From Aeromonas fluvialis (GTDB lineage: Bacteria > Pseudomonadota > Gammaproteobacteria > Enterobacterales > Aeromonadaceae), in assembly GCF_000819885.1 (NCBI RefSeq), contig NZ_CDBO01000069.1, forward strand, positions 73,675-97,674: 24,000 bases of DNA, read 5' to 3'. Shown here piece after piece: positions 19,935-24,000 of the stretch. The position numbers and the translations under genes were made by a program. Below the pieces are notes generated by a model, which did no database searches, was not told the DNA's origin, and saw only the letters and a list, made by a program, of their open reading frames with translations. Numbering within the stretch: the stretch's first letter is position 1; each line of letters opens with the position of its first letter.

Positions 19935-21235
19935 GAGTCACCATGAAGTGGTTCCCCCTCCTTATTGCCCTCTCCTGCGGTGCTAACGCCGCTGTCGCCG
20001 ATAAGTGGCAGCAGCAGGAACAGGCTCGTGAACAGCAGGCTCAGCAAGATCTGGCGACCGTTGCCAAGGAGCTCGGCACTGCCCGCGCCAGACTGGCCGA
20101 GGCCCAGCGCTTGAGCAAGGAGCTGGCTGGCAAGTTCGCCAGCAACGAGAAGCAGCTGGTCGAGCTCAACGCCCAGTGGGAGCAAGCCTCCGGCGACATG
20201 AACGAGATCTTCGCGGTCACCCGTCAGGGCGCCAGCGATGCGGTCAAGCTGCTGAGCGAATCCGCCGTCGAGGGCCAGTACCCGGAGCGTCTCGCCCCGC
20301 TGAAAGCCATGGCACAGGATAAACAGGTGCCGGATCGCGCTGCTCTCGCCCTGCTGCCCGCCACGCTGCTGCAGGAGATCCGCGAATCTGGCCGGATTGC
20401 CCAGTTCAACGGCAAGGTGCTCGATGCTCAGGGGGCTGCCAGCGAGCAGTCGCTGACCCGGGTTGGCAGCTTTGCTCTGCTGGGGCGTGACGGCTTTCTG
20501 CAACCGACCGCCGAAGGCTTGAGCCCGGTACTGGGTCTGCCCGGTAGCGTGCTCTCTGCCGTTGCGGCTTATCAGGGTCAGGAAGGGGAAGCGCTGCCGC
20601 TGGATCCTGCTCATGGCACTCTGCTGGCGATGCTGGCACAGGCACCCACCTTCTGGCAGCAGGTACAGCAAGGTGGTCAGGTTGGCGCCATTATCGTGTT
20701 GCTGGCCGCTATCGGTCTGGGAATTGCGGCGGTACGGCTGTGGAGCCTCTCCCGCGAACTGGGTCGGGTGCGCCGCCAGCTCAAGAGCGGTGAGTATCAC
20801 GCCGACAACGCCCTCGGCCGGGTGCTGACGGTGGCGGACAAACACCCCGAGCTGAGCATGGAGACCCTCGAGCTGCGTCTTGATGAGGCGATCCTGCAGG
20901 AGACTCCTCGCATGGAGAGCGGCATCGGCATGGTCAAGGTAATCGCGGCCATCGCCCCCATGCTGGGTCTGCTCGGTACCGTGACCGGGATGATCGGCAC
21001 CTTCCAGGCCATCACCCAGTTTGGTACCGGCGATCCCAAGATCATGGCGGGCGGTATCTCCATGGCGCTGGTTACCACGGTACAGGGTCTGGTTGCGGCC
21101 ATTCCGCTGATCCTGGCCCACAGCCTGCTGCAATCGCGCTTCACCGAGCTTTCCAATGTACTTGAGCAGCAGGTGGCCGGCATTCTGGCCGAGCGCGCCG
21201 AGAGCAATAACGGCGGGATGGAGCGAGCAGCATGA
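19931..21235 (+). CDS. ttpC: MotA/TolQ/ExbB-family proton-channel protein with extended N-terminal periplasmic coiled-coil domain (TtpC-like)
   Basis: The start is set at ATG 19931 (MRVTMKWFPLLIAL...), with AGGAGG 8 nt upstream and an ATGA overlap with the preceding stop. The ORF-track start at 19826 lies inside the upstream gene. The protein is 434 aa, with a C-terminal ExbB-type channel motif 'PMLGLLGTVTGMIGTFQAI'. Confidence 0.8.
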   Translation: MRVTMKWFPLLIALSCGANAAVADKWQQQEQAREQQAQQDLATVAKELGTARARLAEAQRLSKELAGKFASNEKQLVELNAQWEQASGDMNEIFAVTRQGASDAVKLLSESAVEGQYPERLAPLKAMAQDKQVPDRAALALLPATLLQEIRESGRIAQFNGKVLDAQGAASEQSLTRVGSFALLGRDGFLQPTAEGLSPVLGLPGSVLSAVAAYQGQEGEALPLDPAHGTLLAMLAQAPTFWQQVQQGGQVGAIIVLLAAIGLGIAAVRLWSLSRELGRVRRQLKSGEYHADNALGRVLTVADKHPELSMETLELRLDEAILQETPRMESGIGMVKVIAAIAPMLGLLGTVTGMIGTFQAITQFGTGDPKIMAGGISMALVTTVQGLVAAIPLILAHSLLQSRFTELSNVLEQQVAGILAERAESNNGGMERAA

Positions 21236-21762
21236 TGCTCGACATCTGGCAACAGCTGCAGAGCTTCATGGGCCGTGGCGGTCCGGTGCTCTGGGTCATT
21301 CTGGCCCTGCTGGTGCTGATGTGGATTTTGATGATCGAACGGCTGCTCTACCTCAATCTGGGTTTCGGCCCGTTGCAGCAACAGCTGCTCGGTCGCTGGC
21401 AGGCCCGCAGCGAGCGCCACAGCTGGCACGCCCGGGCGATCCGCAGCCGCTGGCTGGCGCAGGCGGAGCTGGAACTGAACCGTCATCTGATCTTCATCCG
21501 CACCCTGGTGGTGCTCTGCCCCATGCTGGGGTTGCTGGGCACTGTGACCGGCATGATCGGCGTATTCGATGCGTTGGCCGCGGCCAACCGCTTTAACCCG
21601 GAGAGCATGGCGGGCGGGATCTCCCGCGCCACTATCCCCACCATGGCAGGCATGGTGGTGGCGCTCTCCGGCGTGTTGTTACTCAGTCGGCTCGAGAGTC
21701 AGGCCAAGCGTGCGCTGGCCAAGACCCGGGACGGCCTGCGAGAAGAGAAGGTAATGCAATGA
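21232..21762 (+). CDS. exbB: Biopolymer transport protein ExbB (MotA/TolQ/ExbB family)
   Basis: 176 aa with three TM segments and the motif 'PMLGLLGTVTGMIGVF'. ATGA overlaps occur at both ends. Confidence 0.88.
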   Translation: MMLDIWQQLQSFMGRGGPVLWVILALLVLMWILMIERLLYLNLGFGPLQQQLLGRWQARSERHSWHARAIRSRWLAQAELELNRHLIFIRTLVVLCPMLGLLGTVTGMIGVFDALAAANRFNPESMAGGISRATIPTMAGMVVALSGVLLLSRLESQAKRALAKTRDGLREEKVMQ

Positions 21763-22160
21763 GACGGCAATCCAAACGCCAGCGTGACGAAGTGCAGATC
21801 GACATGACCCCCATGCTGGATATCGTGTTCATCATGCTGATCTTCTTTATTGTCACCACCTCCTTCGTGCGCGAAGCAGGGCTCGAGGTGCACAGACCCC
21901 AGGCCAGTCAGGCCAAGGCGCAGAAATCTTCCAGCATCATGCTGGCGATCGGGGCTCAGGGTCAGATCTTCCTCGACCGCAAGCAGATCGATGTGGAGCG
22001 GGTGCAGGCCACCATCGCCCGTCTGCTGGCGGAGCAACCTGATGCCAGCCTGGTGATCCAGGCCGACGAGCGAGTGCCCCATGGCAAGGTGGTGCGGGTG
22101 ATGGATGAGGCCAAGGCGGCAGGCATCGCCAATATCGCTGTGGCGGTGGCGCTGAAATGA
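21759..22160 (+). CDS. exbD: Biopolymer transport protein ExbD/TolR
   Basis: 133 aa. 'DMTPMLDIVFIMLIFFIV' is the TM helix with the conserved Asp, followed by an ExbD periplasmic domain. Confidence 0.9.
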   Translation: MRRQSKRQRDEVQIDMTPMLDIVFIMLIFFIVTTSFVREAGLEVHRPQASQAKAQKSSSIMLAIGAQGQIFLDRKQIDVERVQATIARLLAEQPDASLVIQADERVPHGKVVRVMDEAKAAGIANIAVAVALK

Positions 22161-22819
22161 AATACAAGCTGATGAGCCTGGGGCTGGGGGTTGCCCTCAG
22201 TCTGGGCATCCTGCTGTTTATGGCCACACTGGTTGAACCGCCCCGGGGCGAGAAGGTGGCGAGCGAGCAGAAGCCCATCGTCATCAATATGCAGAACGAG
22301 GTGACCGAAGTGCAGGTACGCGAGCGTCTGGTGCCGCAGGAGCCTGAACCTCTGCCAGAGCCTCCCGCCGCATTGGCCTCGACACCGCTGCCGATGCCCG
22401 CCGCGGCCCCCTTGGCGGCCGTTGAGCCGAGTCTGGATCTGGTCTCCAGCCTCAGCGCGGTGCAGGTATATGCCCCCGGAGTTGCGACCAGTACCGCACC
22501 GGTATTGAGTGGCAACTATCACGGCCAGCAGCAGGGGGCGAGTATCGGCGCCGGTGACATGCTGATGCCGCTGCAACGGATCGAGCCGGTCTACCCCTAT
22601 CGTGCCCAGCAGTCAGGGATCGAAGGATTCGTCACCCTGCGCTTTAGCGTGAATGCCGAAGGGGGCGTGCAGGATGTGGAAGTGGTCGAGGCCAAACCCA
22701 AGCGTCAGTTCGAGCGGGCGGCCATTCAGGCGATCAACAAGTGGCGCTATCAGCCGAGACCGGGTGCCACCGACAAGCTGGTGCAAGTCATCACGCTCAA
22801 ATTCAAACTGGAGTCTTAA
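22157..22819 (+). CDS. tonB: Energy transducer TonB (TonB2-type)
   Basis: 220 aa. It has an N-terminal TM anchor, a short Pro-rich spacer (EPEPLPEPP...), and the C-terminal TonB domain 'PVYPYRAQQSGIEGFVTLRFSVNAEGGVQDVEVVEA...AAIQAINKWRYQP'. Confidence 0.9.
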   Translation: MKYKLMSLGLGVALSLGILLFMATLVEPPRGEKVASEQKPIVINMQNEVTEVQVRERLVPQEPEPLPEPPAALASTPLPMPAAAPLAAVEPSLDLVSSLSAVQVYAPGVATSTAPVLSGNYHGQQQGASIGAGDMLMPLQRIEPVYPYRAQQSGIEGFVTLRFSVNAEGGVQDVEVVEAKPKRQFERAAIQAINKWRYQPRPGATDKLVQVITLKFKLES

Positions 22820-22821
22820 CT

Positions 22822-24000
22822 ATGTTGCGGATCTGGATCTGTCTGCTGGCCCTGGTCGGCCAAGCCTGTCTGGCGATGGAGGTCAGCCCTCACTTCTCCC
22901 GTCAGCTTGAACCCGTGATGAAGCTCTATCAGTCTGGTCAGTGGCAACAGGCCCAGAGCAAGGCATCCGGCCTCAAGCCAAATAGCGATGCCGAGCGTGC
23001 CTGGCTGGCGCAGCTGCAAGCCTCGCTGGCGGCCAATCTGCAACAGACCGCCCAGGCGAGCCGTTATGTCGAACAGGCCCTTGCCTATAAAGAGTGGCCC
23101 GAGCAACAACAGCTCCAGCTGCTGCGACTGCGCGGCGATATTCAGGCCCAGCAATCCAACTGGTCTGGTGCCATCACCAGCTACAAGGCGGCACTGGCAC
23201 TGAAGCAAGACGATGGGCTGCGCCTGCGTCTGGCCGGCCTCTATTACCACAACAAGCAGTACGGTGACGCCGCCAGCCAGAGCGAACAGTTGCTGAAGAA
23301 GGGTTGGCAGAAGCAGGCCGCCATCATTCGTCTCTCCGCCCTCACCGCCCAGCAACGTTATGGTATGGCGGCCGATCAGGCGGCCGAGCTGATCCGTCAC
23401 GAGCCGACAGAGAGCAAATGGTGGCAGCAGGCGGTGTCGCTCAACCTCTCCGCCAAGCGCGGCGATCAGGCGTTGGCATTGCTGCAAACAGCTATCGACA
23501 GAAAACTGATGGATGACGCGTCAGCCCGCAATCAGCTGATCCGCCTCTATGCCTGGCAAGGGCTGCCTTATCGTGGTGCCCGTCTGCTGGAAGCGGCCAT
23601 GGCCAAGGGACAGATGAAGCAAAGTGCTGAAAACCGCCAACTGCTGGCTCAATTGTGGGAAGGTGCCCGGGAGTGGTCACAAGCTGTTGATAGCTGGCAG
23701 CAGCTGGCCAACCAGCATGGTCAGCCCAAAGCTGCCATGCGCGCCGCCGAACTGCTGCTGCAACAGGGCAAGACAGATGCCGCCATGACCCAGCTTGCCG
23801 CCATCAAGTCGGTGAAAGGCGAGCAAGGCAATCGTGCCAAAGCGTTGCTGGTGCAGGCACACCTTAATAAGGAGCAGTATGCCCAGGCGCTGGAACTGGC
23901 CCGTGAGCTGCAGCAAAAGGATAACTGGCAACAGAAGGCAACCAGCTGGGTCAACTATATCCGGGCACAAAGCGAAGAGTTGAGCAAAAAAGCGGCGTAA
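22822..24000 (+). CDS. Tetratricopeptide-repeat protein with signal peptide (TtpD-like, last gene of TonB2-type cluster)
   Basis: The start is set at ATG 22822 (MLRIWICLLALVGQACLA...), with GGAG upstream and 2 nt after the tonB stop. The ORF-track start at 22741 lies inside tonB. The 392-aa protein is helical and rich in Ala, Leu and Gln, with a TPR-like periodicity. Stop TAA at 23998-24000, exactly at the window edge. Confidence 0.7.
   Translation: MLRIWICLLALVGQACLAMEVSPHFSRQLEPVMKLYQSGQWQQAQSKASGLKPNSDAERAWLAQLQASLAANLQQTAQASRYVEQALAYKEWPEQQQLQLLRLRGDIQAQQSNWSGAITSYKAALALKQDDGLRLRLAGLYYHNKQYGDAASQSEQLLKKGWQKQAAIIRLSALTAQQRYGMAADQAAELIRHEPTESKWWQQAVSLNLSAKRGDQALALLQTAIDRKLMDDASARNQLIRLYAWQGLPYRGARLLEAAMAKGQMKQSAENRQLLAQLWEGAREWSQAVDSWQQLANQHGQPKAAMRAAELLLQQGKTDAAMTQLAAIKSVKGEQGNRAKALLVQAHLNKEQYAQALELARELQQKDNWQQKATSWVNYIRAQSEELSKKAA

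Overview
The window is an origin-proximal chromosomal segment from a gamma-proteobacterium, most likely Aeromonas. That assignment rests on gene order, about 60% GC, and an OXA-12-family beta-lactamase linked to blrAB. Every long, codon-plausible ORF fits a known family. From left to right on the plus strand: rsmG (5'-truncated), parA, parB, and the complete F1Fo ATP synthase operon atpIBEFHAGDC, followed by glmU. A 4.5-kb minus-strand module follows, encoding the CreBC/BlrAB two-component system, a class D (OXA-12-type) beta-lactamase and CreD/BlrD. Next come a plus-strand DeoR-family (GlmR-like) regulator and glmS. A convergent AhyR-like LuxR-family gene with no luxI partner in the window follows on the minus strand. 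The window ends with a plus-strand, Fur-box-preceded, six-gene TonB2-type energy-transduction operon (DUF3450/TtpB-like, TtpC-like, ExbB, ExbD, TonB, TPR/TtpD-like). I found no rRNA, tRNA, CRISPR array, IS element, integron or prophage signature. I also see no convincing wholly novel multi-gene system. Five items merit follow-up: (1) the orphan LuxR-type receptor beside glmS and its SD-abutting dyad; (2) the cis-regulatory layout of the blr/cre-bla-creD module, with a perfect TTCAC-N6-TTCAC tag plus a third half-site in front of creD but only a degenerate tag in front of bla; (3) the position of that module between glmU and glmS; (4) a TTTCGAT/ATCGAAA dyad motif found on both sides of the regulator-glmS unit; (5) the translationally coupled TonB2 operon with its poorly understood accessory proteins. 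The many long ORFs antisense to real genes are GC-driven shadow ORFs.
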